IMG/VR virus record: IMGVR_UViG_3300042991_000632
Coordinates: 91,036-148,025 of that record
Direction: 5' to 3' (one strand)
Source of the DNA: a virus
Taxonomy: Duplodnaviria > Heunggongvirae > Uroviricota > Caudoviricetes
Length of the DNA stretch: 56,990 bases
The first letter of the stretch is position 1. Each line of letters opens with the position of its first letter. Shown here piece after piece: positions 17,793 to 27,541 of this stretch. The translations under genes and the position numbers were made by a program. The notes under the pieces are model-generated. The model was not told the origin of the DNA, did not search any database, and saw nothing but the letters and a program-made list of their open reading frames with translations.

Positions 17793-19436
17793 TTATTCTT
17801 CATCAATATTACCGTTAAAGCAATAGTTATTTGTATGATTAACATTAGTTAAACTCAAAGTGCCAGTACTATTAGTTAAAATATTACAAACGCCATCGGT
17901 TAAACAACAGCCATTAATATAATCACAAGCATTAAGATAAAGCCTACCGCCAATCGCTATTGATAATGCACATCCGGTAGCCTGATAACCAGTATTGACA
18001 ACATTGCTTAATGTAACCGTATTACCAACAGGGAATGATATCCATCCACTTGATGTTCCACCCGATTGATAACAATAGCATTGTGATACGATACAAACTT
18101 TTCCAACATCTTCAATAGTCGGTGTTTTCCAAGTTACTTCAGGTGCTGCTGGCGGACATGGTATTAAATCAGTCATATCAGCAAGAAAATCTGGAAGCGT
18201 CCAAGACCTGTTTGATTTATATGATAAAGCAAATAATAATTCCTGATCTTCAATCACAAATATTTTTAAATCTGGAAATACTTTACCAACAACATTTCCA
18301 TCTAAATCTGCTAAATCATAATATGCTTCATCTAATGATGCTGTTGCACCACTTGATATTTTTACATTACCTGTTGGAACGAATCTTGCACCTAATTTTG
18401 TGTTGCTTGATTTATGCCACATTATTGTTGGAATATCCAATATTGTGGTTTTTAAATAAAAACCCTCACCATAAACATTTGCTGGTGATGAATTCGTATA
18501 GTGAATAATTCCCAATTTCTTATAAACTGGTGCTTGGTTTTGAATGTATGAAACAAAACCACCATATTTTGCCGTGTCAAATTGACTGTATTTTAATTTA
18601 TTTGCTGCAACACCAGCGATTTCTTCGGTAAATACAATACTCATATTCCAGAATGGAAATATTATTGTTGGACATTGACTATTTTCTAAAAATGATAATA
18701 CGCTTTCATCAAGATATTCTGTTGATGACATATTAAATACGGTACTACCTGAGAAGTTAATGTAATCATAATATATTAAAGCACCAGCCATACTGGTTGC
18801 TGAATATCCACTGAAGTTTGGTAAATTCCTATCTACGATAACCACTAAATTATTGGCTGCTAAAGAACCGGATGAATATCCAACAATTTTATACATTAAA
18901 TATGGTGTTGGACAATTTGGTGTAATCGTATGTCCCGTTGTACTTGTATTGCATGCCCACTTAATCAACACAATATCACCAATTGCTGGTTCTTGAGCAC
19001 TTGCACCATAAGTTGGTGCTTTTAGTAGATATAATGTTGTTTCACCAGTCATACCACTCATTGCAACCATTGCATCAGGTTGTTTAACATGATTGCTATC
19101 AGTAATAAATGTTGTAGCACTATTTGTGAAAAATCCAATTGGATCAATAGAATTAATTACCTGATACGTGCTTGGTGCACTTGAAATTATGTTATATGGA
19201 TCACCTGATAATGTTTTTGGTATGAATGATAATATACTTGGATTTTTATCTGCTGATCTTAAAATTGATGAGTTAAATGGCACGAAACCTGTATCTGCAA
19301 TGAAATTATAATCAATTTCACTATCGCCAATAGCATAATAATCAAAACTCAAATTTCCTGCAGATAATAATTCTCTACCTTTTGAGGTTAACTTAATATT
19401 AATTACAACAGGGTCTTTTTTATCAATGAATGCCAT
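17793..19436 (-). CDS. Probable virion structural protein with Cys-rich C-terminus
   Basis: N-terminal INIKLTSKGRELL..YYAIGDSEIDY motif recalled from large-phage structural proteins; Thr/Ser/Gly-rich. Confidence 0.55.
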   Translation of the reverse strand: MAFIDKKDPVVINIKLTSKGRELLSAGNLSFDYYAIGDSEIDYNFIADTGFVPFNSSILRSADKNPSILSFIPKTLSGDPYNIISSAPSTYQVINSIDPIGFFTNSATTFITDSNHVKQPDAMVAMSGMTGETTLYLLKAPTYGASAQEPAIGDIVLIKWACNTSTTGHTITPNCPTPYLMYKIVGYSSGSLAANNLVVIVDRNLPNFSGYSATSMAGALIYYDYINFSGSTVFNMSSTEYLDESVLSFLENSQCPTIIFPFWNMSIVFTEEIAGVAANKLKYSQFDTAKYGGFVSYIQNQAPVYKKLGIIHYTNSSPANVYGEGFYLKTTILDIPTIMWHKSSNTKLGARFVPTGNVKISSGATASLDEAYYDLADLDGNVVGKVFPDLKIFVIEDQELLFALSYKSNRSWTLPDFLADMTDLIPCPPAAPEVTWKTPTIEDVGKVCIVSQCYCYQSGGTSSGWISFPVGNTVTLSNVVNTGYQATGCALSIAIGGRLYLNACDYINGCCLTDGVCNILTNSTGTLSLTNVNHTNNYCFNGNIDEE

Positions 19437-19474
19437 TTTTTATTCTTTAAACATAAATACTGATTATAAAAAAT

Positions 19475-20485
19475 TTAACCACTATAAGCACATGAACTTT
19501 GACATGTCGTACCAATATCAAATGTGCCAGCACCAGAAATTGATGTAACTGCTTTAATACATGCACAACTATTTGTACCACCTTGACCCATCTCACCTGA
19601 AAGTGTAACTGCTTTTTGATAGATACGAATAATATCACCATAACACATTTTTATTGATACATTTGAAATTGTGTCTGGTGAACATGATGTTTGATAAAGA
19701 TCACAACTTTGAAGCATTACAAAACCCAGCATACTAACACCTTTACAATACACACAATAAGAAGAACATGATGTGGTTAAACTAACACCATCCCAAACCA
19801 AGGCAGGTGCAACATATAGTGGAACACCCAAGCAAAGGCAGTAACATTCACCTGAAACCATTGGTGGTGTTGTTACAATACAATGGCATTCAAATCTTGA
19901 TGCCAAACCATCAGTGCCCGTGCTACCATATAAACATAAATTAACATCCTTTGCGTTTGCAGTTTGTTGGGTACAAACATCACCATATCCAGAACCAATT
20001 GCATTTCTCGCAAATGCCCTATAATATGTTATAGTATTTTCACTAAGTCCGGTAAGCGGTGTTAAATATTGTGTATCGTTAGCAATTGTAGCAAAATTTG
20101 ATGATTTACAAACAAGTGATGGAACATTCTCGTAACATAATGATGCTAATGTTCCAAATGTCGGATTCTGTGTGTATAATGCACCATATTCTGCAATTGG
20201 AGCACCATTATTATTACACATCTTATTAAATTTCAACAACATTGAATCACTTGTGATTGAAATAGCACCAGAAGCGGTGCAGACAGTTGGAATTCCTGCG
20301 GGTACTGCCTCAGTACAACCAGTTAAAACATTTCCATAGTATGGAACACCACTAATAACAGCATATGCTCTATATTCATAGATTGTACTTGCTGATAATG
20401 AATTAATATCCATATCATATGTATCACTAATAAGTGATCCTGTACATAATGGTGTTAAAACCCAAGGTGTTGGAAATGTTGGCAT
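19475..20485 (-). CDS. Structural protein with FN3-like repeats and Cys-rich C-terminal domain
   Basis: INSLSASTIYEYRAYA and LTGLSENTITYYRAFARNAIGSGYG FN3-like motifs; more than 20 Cys. Confidence 0.55.
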   Translation of the reverse strand: MPTFPTPWVLTPLCTGSLISDTYDMDINSLSASTIYEYRAYAVISGVPYYGNVLTGCTEAVPAGIPTVCTASGAISITSDSMLLKFNKMCNNNGAPIAEYGALYTQNPTFGTLASLCYENVPSLVCKSSNFATIANDTQYLTPLTGLSENTITYYRAFARNAIGSGYGDVCTQQTANAKDVNLCLYGSTGTDGLASRFECHCIVTTPPMVSGECYCLCLGVPLYVAPALVWDGVSLTTSCSSYCVYCKGVSMLGFVMLQSCDLYQTSCSPDTISNVSIKMCYGDIIRIYQKAVTLSGEMGQGGTNSCACIKAVTSISGAGTFDIGTTCQSSCAYSG

Positions 20486-20507
20486 TTTTTATTTAATTTT
20501 CATTTTT

Positions 20508-20516
20508 CATAAATAC
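20508..20516 (-). promoter_or_regulatory. Putative late promoter motif
   Basis: cataaatac upstream of ATG 20485. Confidence 0.6.
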
Positions 20517-20525
20517 ATTTTATTT

Positions 20526-23500
20526 TTATGGAAGTAGTGGCATATTACTACATGTTATACTACTACTGAATGGAGATACACCAATGCTAAAACTACCAAC
20601 ACCAGCACCAATACTTGATATATGAATTGATGCTCTACTTGGTTTTGCCTGACCGCCCCAAGTATCTTCTTGTGCTGATGCATATGTGATAACTTCAATA
20701 CAATCGCCATATAAAAGTGATGTGTTCCAAGTACCACCACAAGTACATTCTGCTTTTGAACTCACTGATTTAGTATTAATTGTAATTCCATTACGTTTCA
20801 ATTCAACGCATTGTACGTATGGCGCATGTGCTGTACTTGGTTTACAAATACACCAGCAGAATGTAGGATAAAAACATTCACCCGGTGACATTGATGGATT
20901 TATACCACCAATACTGCTACCAAACGCACCACATGCACATATTATTTCATCAATATAATTAGTTCCGCTACCACCCGGTGAACAAAGAATACATACAGAT
21001 TTTGACGTTGGCACATATGCTGCTTGTGTTACGCAAACACATTTTGTTGTACCAACAGTTGGTGTATAGCATATTAATGTTGATCTTGCTACACCAGCAT
21101 TTCCAGTAACATCAATTCTATGTGATACTCCTAATGGTGCTGGTGGTTCAGGTGCTTCAGTATTTATCCACGATGGCAACGGATATGGAAGTATTGAATA
21201 TGTGTTTGTTGGATCGCCACATATTGTAATAAATTGTGAACCACCTGCTGAAGTAAACGTTAATGCTGTTGGACTTAATGTTAGATCGCCAAACTCACCT
21301 ATTGTTCCAATTGCTCTATACATCATTCCATAATATTCAACATCAGCACCACAACCAGCAGGTGTTACAATACCACCAGTGCTACATATACCAGTATAAC
21401 TCATAATTCCAACACATGTTTCAATTGTAATTGGAACTGGTGGCGGTGTAAAAGGTATTATTGTCGATAATGTGTTGCCATATGCTGTTAATGCACTTGA
21501 AATTACCATTGCTCTGTAATTATAAGTACATCCTTCTGTTAATCCAGTAATTGATGCTGGATATGTGTTTATTATAAGTGGTATTGTGCATAATGGTGTC
21601 GGTTGATTTAACCATGTACCGCTTGAATTAACTTTGTATTGCATACCATATTGTGTGACGGTTGTATATCCACTAATATTTAAACCACCTGTTGATTGAA
21701 CATACCCTAATCCAATACCATAAGTTCCAGATGATCCAGTTATTGTTCTCAATGATAATACTATTGGTGCTGGTGCTTCGCTTTGTGGAATTGAGAATTC
21801 ACTACCATCATCACCTAAATATTGATACATAGCATTACCTCTCATATCAATAGTTGTTGATCCATCGGCATATAAATTCACACCCCTTTTGTATGTAAAT
21901 TTTTGTTTTGTAAACACTGTGTTCCTAACCAAAAGACCAGACTTTCTTAATATTATTGTTGCAGAAAGTAATTGGTCAACAAATCTTTGGAAGAATGCAT
22001 TATATTTGCTCAAGAATGAATATAAATTTTCAAAAGTATAACCATTTGATTGTAATGGATTACTTGAGTCAAGTTCTGCTCTTTGTAAATATTGTATATA
22101 AACATTTAGTAATGTTGGATACCAACCACCTTTAAAATCACTAATTGTTTTTCTATTTCTAACGTTTATCATTCTTCTTTGAATTAACTCAATAAATTCA
22201 AGGAATGATAATTGACTGATATCACCAACGCCAAAAGTATCTCCAATAACCGGAGTAAAATAATCACTACCACCAACAAGATAATAAGCACTAATTACGC
22301 TACCATATTTTAATCCGGCTGGTAAGAAAATTTCATATGGATTACTAACGTTAATACTATAATCCATTCCCGGTTCTAATCCAATACCATCTATTAATAT
22401 TTTAACTTCTTTTGCGTCATTTACCTTATAATTGAGTTTATACACAAATTTACCAGCCAAACTATTATAATAAACTTTCCCACCAGAAAAACTATTAATT
22501 TTATATATTTCGTTTCTTGCAGCAATACTTGTACTTCCAATAACATTAACATATGCTACTTGTATATACGCATTTGTCACCGATTGATTCATTACTGCCA
22601 AATAAGAAATAACCTCTGGATTGGAAATAATGATTTCGCTGGTGTTGCTTGGATTAACTGTGTAGTCGCCAGTAAAAACACCATTATTTTTTGTCAAAGC
22701 AATACCATTGATTGTGACCTGAACATCACCACTTGCTGGTGATGGTAATGGTATTGTTGTTCCAACAAGATTTGGTTTTATTCTTGTTACCATATATTGA
22801 ACAGATATCCCGGTAACAGGACTTGTCATTGCCGAATAAATATATGTTGCTTGAATTACATCTCTACGATATGGATTATTTACAGCACTTGCCGTTAATA
22901 ATGTAAATGTATTTGCCGTGTAATCAATACTATAATCTGCTTCTGCTGTTGTATAATATGTGCCACCAGTTGTTCCACTATATTCTCTTGGTGCATTTAA
23001 TAAAATACCATTGAAACGAACCTCTAATTCACCTTCTGCTTTAGAATATGGTGCGGGTAGTGGAAATGTTGTTTGTGTTGCCCTAACACCCAATGATATG
23101 TTAATGAATTTATATGGTAATGTATATCCGCTTGAATTTGCCGGAAAGTCAGTATTCTTTATATAATCAAAAACATCGTATTCAATACCACGTGCCGTAT
23201 CGAGTGAGATATCAACTTCTTTTGTATTTAAAACTAACCTACTATCCTGTTGATAATATTGTGGTGTTGTATCATCGAGTCTCATTGTAGCACCTGTTTG
23301 AATCCACGATTTTTTGTTATCAACAGTTTGCATCAAATTAAAGCCAGCCATGCGGAACACATCCATGTATGCCTGACCACTATCAGTATCACCAGAAATC
23401 TGGAAATAAAAACTGTTTATTTCTTCTGGCGCAACAGGATAACCACTCGTATCATAAGGTAATGAGTTCGATGGAAAATCCAGTTGTGTTAATGTGACTG

Positions 23501-25001
23501 AATCGGGATCAATTTTACCGTCAACAGTATAAACATATTCTGTGATATTAATAAAAGGTTCTGGAATACCGATCAATAAAAACATTGATTTTATTGCCTC
23601 ACGTGTACCCTTTGATTTCCAGAAATAATTTGTATTGATTAAAATTCTTCTCCAGAGTTCAATATCAATTTCGGCTGGCATTAAATCAGTATGCAAGTTT
23701 CTTTCGTCCTCATCAATAGTTAAAAAACTTTCAACTAATTCATCTTCATTGATTAATGAAAAATAATTCCAACCAAATGTTCTTGCAAGGTTTTTTACTA
23801 ATTGGTCAGGAAGATTATTGATTTTATCGTATGTAACATGATTAATATAAACCAATGAATCAATAAATTCTCTCATTTGATCGAATTCCCAACCATATAA
23901 CCTTAATAGTTTCGTCATTTTACCTTCTTCGGTAAGGTCATATGTTTTAATTGATGTTGGTGTTAAAAATCTGGCAATTAAATCTGTTTTAATTGAATCG
24001 TATTTGCTTCCAATTGTTAAAAGACTATCTAAAAAATTTCGATAATTGGCGGTATCAATATCAATATTATAATCATCTGCTGTTTTCCAAAGTAAATATG
24101 TATCAGAATAAATTATTGATCCATCATCAAGTAAGGTAGGTTCTTTAATTTTAAATCTAAATCCACTTGTAGCACCGGAAATTCTTTCAGAAACAATATA
24201 TTTCTGATAATCATCCAATAATTCTCTGAATTCCTCAAAAACTTTATTGTTCGGTTTAATATGAAAATTAATTGAACCTGATGTGCCAGTAACAATTGGA
24301 AATGGATTGCCAACCACTTTCAAAATAAGATTATTGTAATTTTCTTTAGTTGGTTCAGTTATTGTGAATCCAGTAAATCCAATTACTGAAAATGAATTTC
24401 CGGTTGGATAATCTAAAGACCAAACAATATAATCCTCATAGGATAAATTTAAATTTTTTAATTTAATATCATCAGGTTCAGTTAAATTTCCGTCATTATA
24501 CACCAACCCAAATTTATTAACGAGATATGCTATTGGTACTCTGAATGTTGTTGTATTTGCTGTTGAATCATATTTATAATTATTTACGGTATATACACCA
24601 GTACCTGTTTTTGAGTTTGCAAATAAACTTCCCGGATAATTTAAAATAATTGTTTCAATACAATTACGTAAAAATTCATATGCTGAACCGTATCTAACAA
24701 AAGTATTTAAATCTGATTTATCTAAATTTAAAACAGCATTTACCGCTTTGTCATAGATTATTTCTGATTGCACATCAGATAATTCCATTGTTTCCAACGT
24801 AATTGGACGAACAAATGAACTTAATTCATTGGAATAATCAATATATCGTCTTCCTTCAAGATTTGATGTTACTACAAACTTACCAAATGAAAATACTGTT
24901 TGTGATGCAGTGTTGTTGAAATTTGTACCATTTAAATTTGAATCGAGACTTCCATACAATCGTATTTTGTCTATGTCAATTATAGATTTTACTTTTGCCA
25001 C
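20526..25001 (-). CDS. Large baseplate/tail structural protein (~1490 aa)
   Basis: KSKGTREAIKSMFLLIG motif typical of baseplate/tail proteins; FN3-like and Cys-rich C-terminus. GTG at 25001 preferred because the late motif and a terminator lie inside the track's longer N-terminus. Confidence 0.65.
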   Translation of the reverse strand: MAKVKSIIDIDKIRLYGSLDSNLNGTNFNNTASQTVFSFGKFVVTSNLEGRRYIDYSNELSSFVRPITLETMELSDVQSEIIYDKAVNAVLNLDKSDLNTFVRYGSAYEFLRNCIETIILNYPGSLFANSKTGTGVYTVNNYKYDSTANTTTFRVPIAYLVNKFGLVYNDGNLTEPDDIKLKNLNLSYEDYIVWSLDYPTGNSFSVIGFTGFTITEPTKENYNNLILKVVGNPFPIVTGTSGSINFHIKPNNKVFEEFRELLDDYQKYIVSERISGATSGFRFKIKEPTLLDDGSIIYSDTYLLWKTADDYNIDIDTANYRNFLDSLLTIGSKYDSIKTDLIARFLTPTSIKTYDLTEEGKMTKLLRLYGWEFDQMREFIDSLVYINHVTYDKINNLPDQLVKNLARTFGWNYFSLINEDELVESFLTIDEDERNLHTDLMPAEIDIELWRRILINTNYFWKSKGTREAIKSMFLLIGIPEPFINITEYVYTVDGKIDPDSVTLTQLDFPSNSLPYDTSGYPVAPEEINSFYFQISGDTDSGQAYMDVFRMAGFNLMQTVDNKKSWIQTGATMRLDDTTPQYYQQDSRLVLNTKEVDISLDTARGIEYDVFDYIKNTDFPANSSGYTLPYKFINISLGVRATQTTFPLPAPYSKAEGELEVRFNGILLNAPREYSGTTGGTYYTTAEADYSIDYTANTFTLLTASAVNNPYRRDVIQATYIYSAMTSPVTGISVQYMVTRIKPNLVGTTIPLPSPASGDVQVTINGIALTKNNGVFTGDYTVNPSNTSEIIISNPEVISYLAVMNQSVTNAYIQVAYVNVIGSTSIAARNEIYKINSFSGGKVYYNSLAGKFVYKLNYKVNDAKEVKILIDGIGLEPGMDYSINVSNPYEIFLPAGLKYGSVISAYYLVGGSDYFTPVIGDTFGVGDISQLSFLEFIELIQRRMINVRNRKTISDFKGGWYPTLLNVYIQYLQRAELDSSNPLQSNGYTFENLYSFLSKYNAFFQRFVDQLLSATIILRKSGLLVRNTVFTKQKFTYKRGVNLYADGSTTIDMRGNAMYQYLGDDGSEFSIPQSEAPAPIVLSLRTITGSSGTYGIGLGYVQSTGGLNISGYTTVTQYGMQYKVNSSGTWLNQPTPLCTIPLIINTYPASITGLTEGCTYNYRAMVISSALTAYGNTLSTIIPFTPPPVPITIETCVGIMSYTGICSTGGIVTPAGCGADVEYYGMMYRAIGTIGEFGDLTLSPTALTFTSAGGSQFITICGDPTNTYSILPYPLPSWINTEAPEPPAPLGVSHRIDVTGNAGVARSTLICYTPTVGTTKCVCVTQAAYVPTSKSVCILCSPGGSGTNYIDEIICACGAFGSSIGGINPSMSPGECFYPTFCWCICKPSTAHAPYVQCVELKRNGITINTKSVSSKAECTCGGTWNTSLLYGDCIEVITYASAQEDTWGGQAKPSRASIHISSIGAGVGSFSIGVSPFSSSITCSNMPLLP

Positions 25002-25016
25002 AAGTTTTACATTTAC

Positions 25017-25025
25017 TATAAATAC
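25017..25025 (-). promoter_or_regulatory. Putative late promoter motif
   Basis: tataaatac upstream of GTG 25001. Confidence 0.65.
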
Positions 25026-25033
25026 GATAATAT

Positions 25034-25063
25034 AAAAAAATCCCAATACGGATATTGGGATTT
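25034..25063 (-). terminator. Intrinsic terminator
   Basis: aaatcccaata-cgga-tattgggattt hairpin followed by a T run on the minus strand. Confidence 0.8.
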
Positions 25064-25092
25064 ATCTGTCAAGACCGTCTTTGCTTTTTGAT

Positions 25093-25209
25093 TTAGTTAT
25101 TTTTTCTATCTCTACTAATATCAAACAGCATTTTAATAAATGCGCCAACAAAAATAACTAATGGAAGTGTTTTTGGCTCACCGAATAAATCTTTTAAATC
25201 ATTTAACAT
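25093..25209 (-). CDS. Small (38 aa) putative membrane peptide
   Basis: Not in track: MLNDLKDLFGEPKTLPLVIFVGAFIKMLFDISRDRKNN*, starting 10 nt after the upstream stop and ending before the terminator. Confidence 0.5.
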   Translation of the reverse strand: MLNDLKDLFGEPKTLPLVIFVGAFIKMLFDISRDRKNN

Positions 25210-25219
25210 ATTACTTTTT

Positions 25220-26131
25220 TTAACTAATCTCGCTTATTATTTCATCAAAGTCCTGTGTTTCATCAATGTTTTCACGTTTCTCCTTAACCTCATATAATGG
25301 AACATCAGTAACGTCATCTTTTATTTCAAACAAATTAAATTGTTTGGTTATTATTCTTTCCTTATCATAGTATGTCAATATACCCTTCTGTATATCTTTA
25401 ACTTGTTCACCAGCAATTATATCAACAATCGTATCTATCGTATTTTCAACTAATTCAACTTCCATAACCAATGGTGTAAAGAATGTATTTGACAGTAACA
25501 TAACATCACCCGGATTACCAATAAACGGTAATGCATTTGGTTTAACATCCGATGAACTGCTTGGTGTGAGTTGTAAAAACACTAATGATCCGGCATCATC
25601 AAAGCGATACCTTACTGCTTTCTGCGATGTGTTACCTACGTTTTCGCTAACGGGAACAACTCTGTTTGATGTTACAACATAACGAACAACATTTCTTAAT
25701 TTAGTGCCATCTGAGTTCAAATATTCAACACGATATCCCTGTAATGCGTTGTTTGTTCTAAATCCTTCCGGTAATGAATTAATATCAACAATAATACCTT
25801 TAATGCTTGGTAGTGATGATAAAACACTACAATCAACAATAACAACAGGTGTTAGTTTAGGTTTGATATATATCGTGTAAATTCCTAATTGATTAAAAAT
25901 GTCAGCAGGTAATCTTAAATTATACATACCTTCTAACAAATTCTCATTACCAACAATATAATTATTATCATCATCAGGTAAATAACAGTATTCCAATAAT
26001 TCTGTTGGGTCTTCGATTTTTATTATATCATCATTTCTTGTTTCTCTGTTTGGCGTATAATTATAATAGATATCAATATCATTGATATTTACGTCTGAAG
26101 GTCTTGATATGCCATATGTTCCTATTGCCAT
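25220..26131 (-). CDS. Probable virion structural protein (303 aa)
   Basis: Located in the baseplate operon; beta-rich; no family recognised. Confidence 0.55.
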   Translation of the reverse strand: MAIGTYGISRPSDVNINDIDIYYNYTPNRETRNDDIIKIEDPTELLEYCYLPDDDNNYIVGNENLLEGMYNLRLPADIFNQLGIYTIYIKPKLTPVVIVDCSVLSSLPSIKGIIVDINSLPEGFRTNNALQGYRVEYLNSDGTKLRNVVRYVVTSNRVVPVSENVGNTSQKAVRYRFDDAGSLVFLQLTPSSSSDVKPNALPFIGNPGDVMLLSNTFFTPLVMEVELVENTIDTIVDIIAGEQVKDIQKGILTYYDKERIITKQFNLFEIKDDVTDVPLYEVKEKRENIDETQDFDEIISEIS

Positions 26132-26134
26132 TTT

Positions 26135-26728
26135 TTAACTATTTTTTACAATATTAAAATATTTACCACCCGCATATGTTTCCAGATCATTTAAATTTCT
26201 AATGTGTTCTAACCTGTAATTTTTTTCAAATGCGGATAATTCTTGTCTGATTATAAATACATCATTAGTGATTTTAGGATTGCTAATAATATTTTCTTTT
26301 TTCGGGTCTTTATATATAGGGTTATTAATAAAACTTGGACCCAGTATGCCAACTGTTGTGAAATCAAATGTTGTTGTTGCTGATGTTCCGGTTAATACAT
26401 CCAAATAACGTATTCCACCAAGATAATAAACCACACTAACACCGGAAATTGAATTTACATAATCAACACCATCAATAGTATATGATCCACCGCCAGTATA
26501 TTGTTGGCTAAATGGAACATTAACCGCAAATTTTTTCAATTCACTTAATCTGCTGATTGAATATCCGGTAACGACATCTGAACTTAATATAATATCTGAG
26601 TAGTCTGCATCATTGGTTGTGCCAGATATAATACCTGTTGAAACTGCTGTATCCAGATCATTTATTGATGTTCCACCAGTTAAGTATGAATAAAATTTAT
26701 TATTCGCTATGATATACGTATAACCCAT
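26135..26728 (-). CDS. Probable structural protein (197 aa)
   Basis: Thr/Gly/Ser-rich; baseplate operon context. Confidence 0.5.
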   Translation of the reverse strand: MGYTYIIANNKFYSYLTGGTSINDLDTAVSTGIISGTTNDADYSDIILSSDVVTGYSISRLSELKKFAVNVPFSQQYTGGGSYTIDGVDYVNSISGVSVVYYLGGIRYLDVLTGTSATTTFDFTTVGILGPSFINNPIYKDPKKENIISNPKITNDVFIIRQELSAFEKNYRLEHIRNLNDLETYAGGKYFNIVKNS

Positions 26729-26738
26729 ATTTAATTAA

Positions 26739-27203
26739 TTAAGGAATATAACTCAACGTAATCCACCCTCTATTCCAACTTGAACAATTAAATGCTGATT
26801 GTGCGAAAAAATAATCTGCTTTTCTTGAAAGTGCAATAACCGCATTTGTTTTTGGGGTGCAGCATAGTTTCCAATAACCCGATATTTCCTCATTACTATG
26901 AGGATATACTAACGGAAACATTTCACAAGCATCAGACCTTATTAACACATCAACACTTCTTATTTGGCATAAACAAACACCCAAACTAACACTTACTCCG
27001 GGTGTACCACACATATTCCAATTGCCAATACATACCGATTTTGTACATAGTGTTACTGGTGCTGTTGTGCCAGTTATCCAAGTTTTTAATGCACTGAGCG
27101 TCATATTCTGTGTTTCAGTTGAATCATCACCTAATGCAATTCTTTTTGTACCTAATGGTGATGTTACCATTGGATTCCCACTAAATAATTTTTTATTTGC
27201 CAT
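26739..27203 (-). CDS. Probable structural protein, Cys-rich (154 aa)
   Basis: Nine Cys in the C-terminal ~100 aa; IGNWNM..IRSVDVLIRSD beta-rich motif. Confidence 0.5.
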   Translation of the reverse strand: MANKKLFSGNPMVTSPLGTKRIALGDDSTETQNMTLSALKTWITGTTAPVTLCTKSVCIGNWNMCGTPGVSVSLGVCLCQIRSVDVLIRSDACEMFPLVYPHSNEEISGYWKLCCTPKTNAVIALSRKADYFFAQSAFNCSSWNRGWITLSYIP

Positions 27204-27217
27204 AATTTTAAATTTTA

Positions 27218-27541
27218 TTAATATAAATAATATGTGCCCTCACTATCGGTATATATATTATCTTCATTATCTTCATAGTAGAAAGTTTCTACTGGTATTG
27301 GTGGTGCTGGTGGTTCGGATTCTTGTTCATATTCGGGATATGGATCAAAAAATCCGATATCATCAACTACTGTTGTAAGACCAATTTTAAAATTATATAC
27401 AGCATTTAAATCTGGCACAAGAAGATAGCAAGTCCCGGTACAACCTGTAATGAGTTCACCAGTTTCAATATCTCTTAGTGTGCATGGAACAATATTTCCC
27501 TTTGTTAATGCTTGTAATACACTTTTTTTTATTGTTTCCAT
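27218..27541 (-). CDS. Hypothetical protein (107 aa)
   Basis: Start overlaps the stop of the wedge gene. Confidence 0.65.
   Translation of the reverse strand: METIKKSVLQALTKGNIVPCTLRDIETGELITGCTGTCYLLVPDLNAVYNFKIGLTTVVDDIGFFDPYPEYEQESEPPAPPIPVETFYYEDNEDNIYTDSEGTYYLY

Noticed and set aside
25002-25046. Track-extended N-termini (also 29795-29842, 12032-12091, 13594-13653, 6258-6284)
   Set aside because: The extensions run through terminators, promoter motifs or upstream genes; downstream starts fit the regulatory spacing better.
25067-25072. TTGACA on the minus strand as another host-type promoter
   Set aside because: No TAnnTTTG at the 17-nt spacing; the downstream sequence is the terminator hairpin.
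17793-27203. Diversity-generating retroelement targeting tail proteins
   Set aside because: No reverse transcriptase and no template/variable repeat pair differing at adenines found in the window; one elsewhere cannot be excluded.
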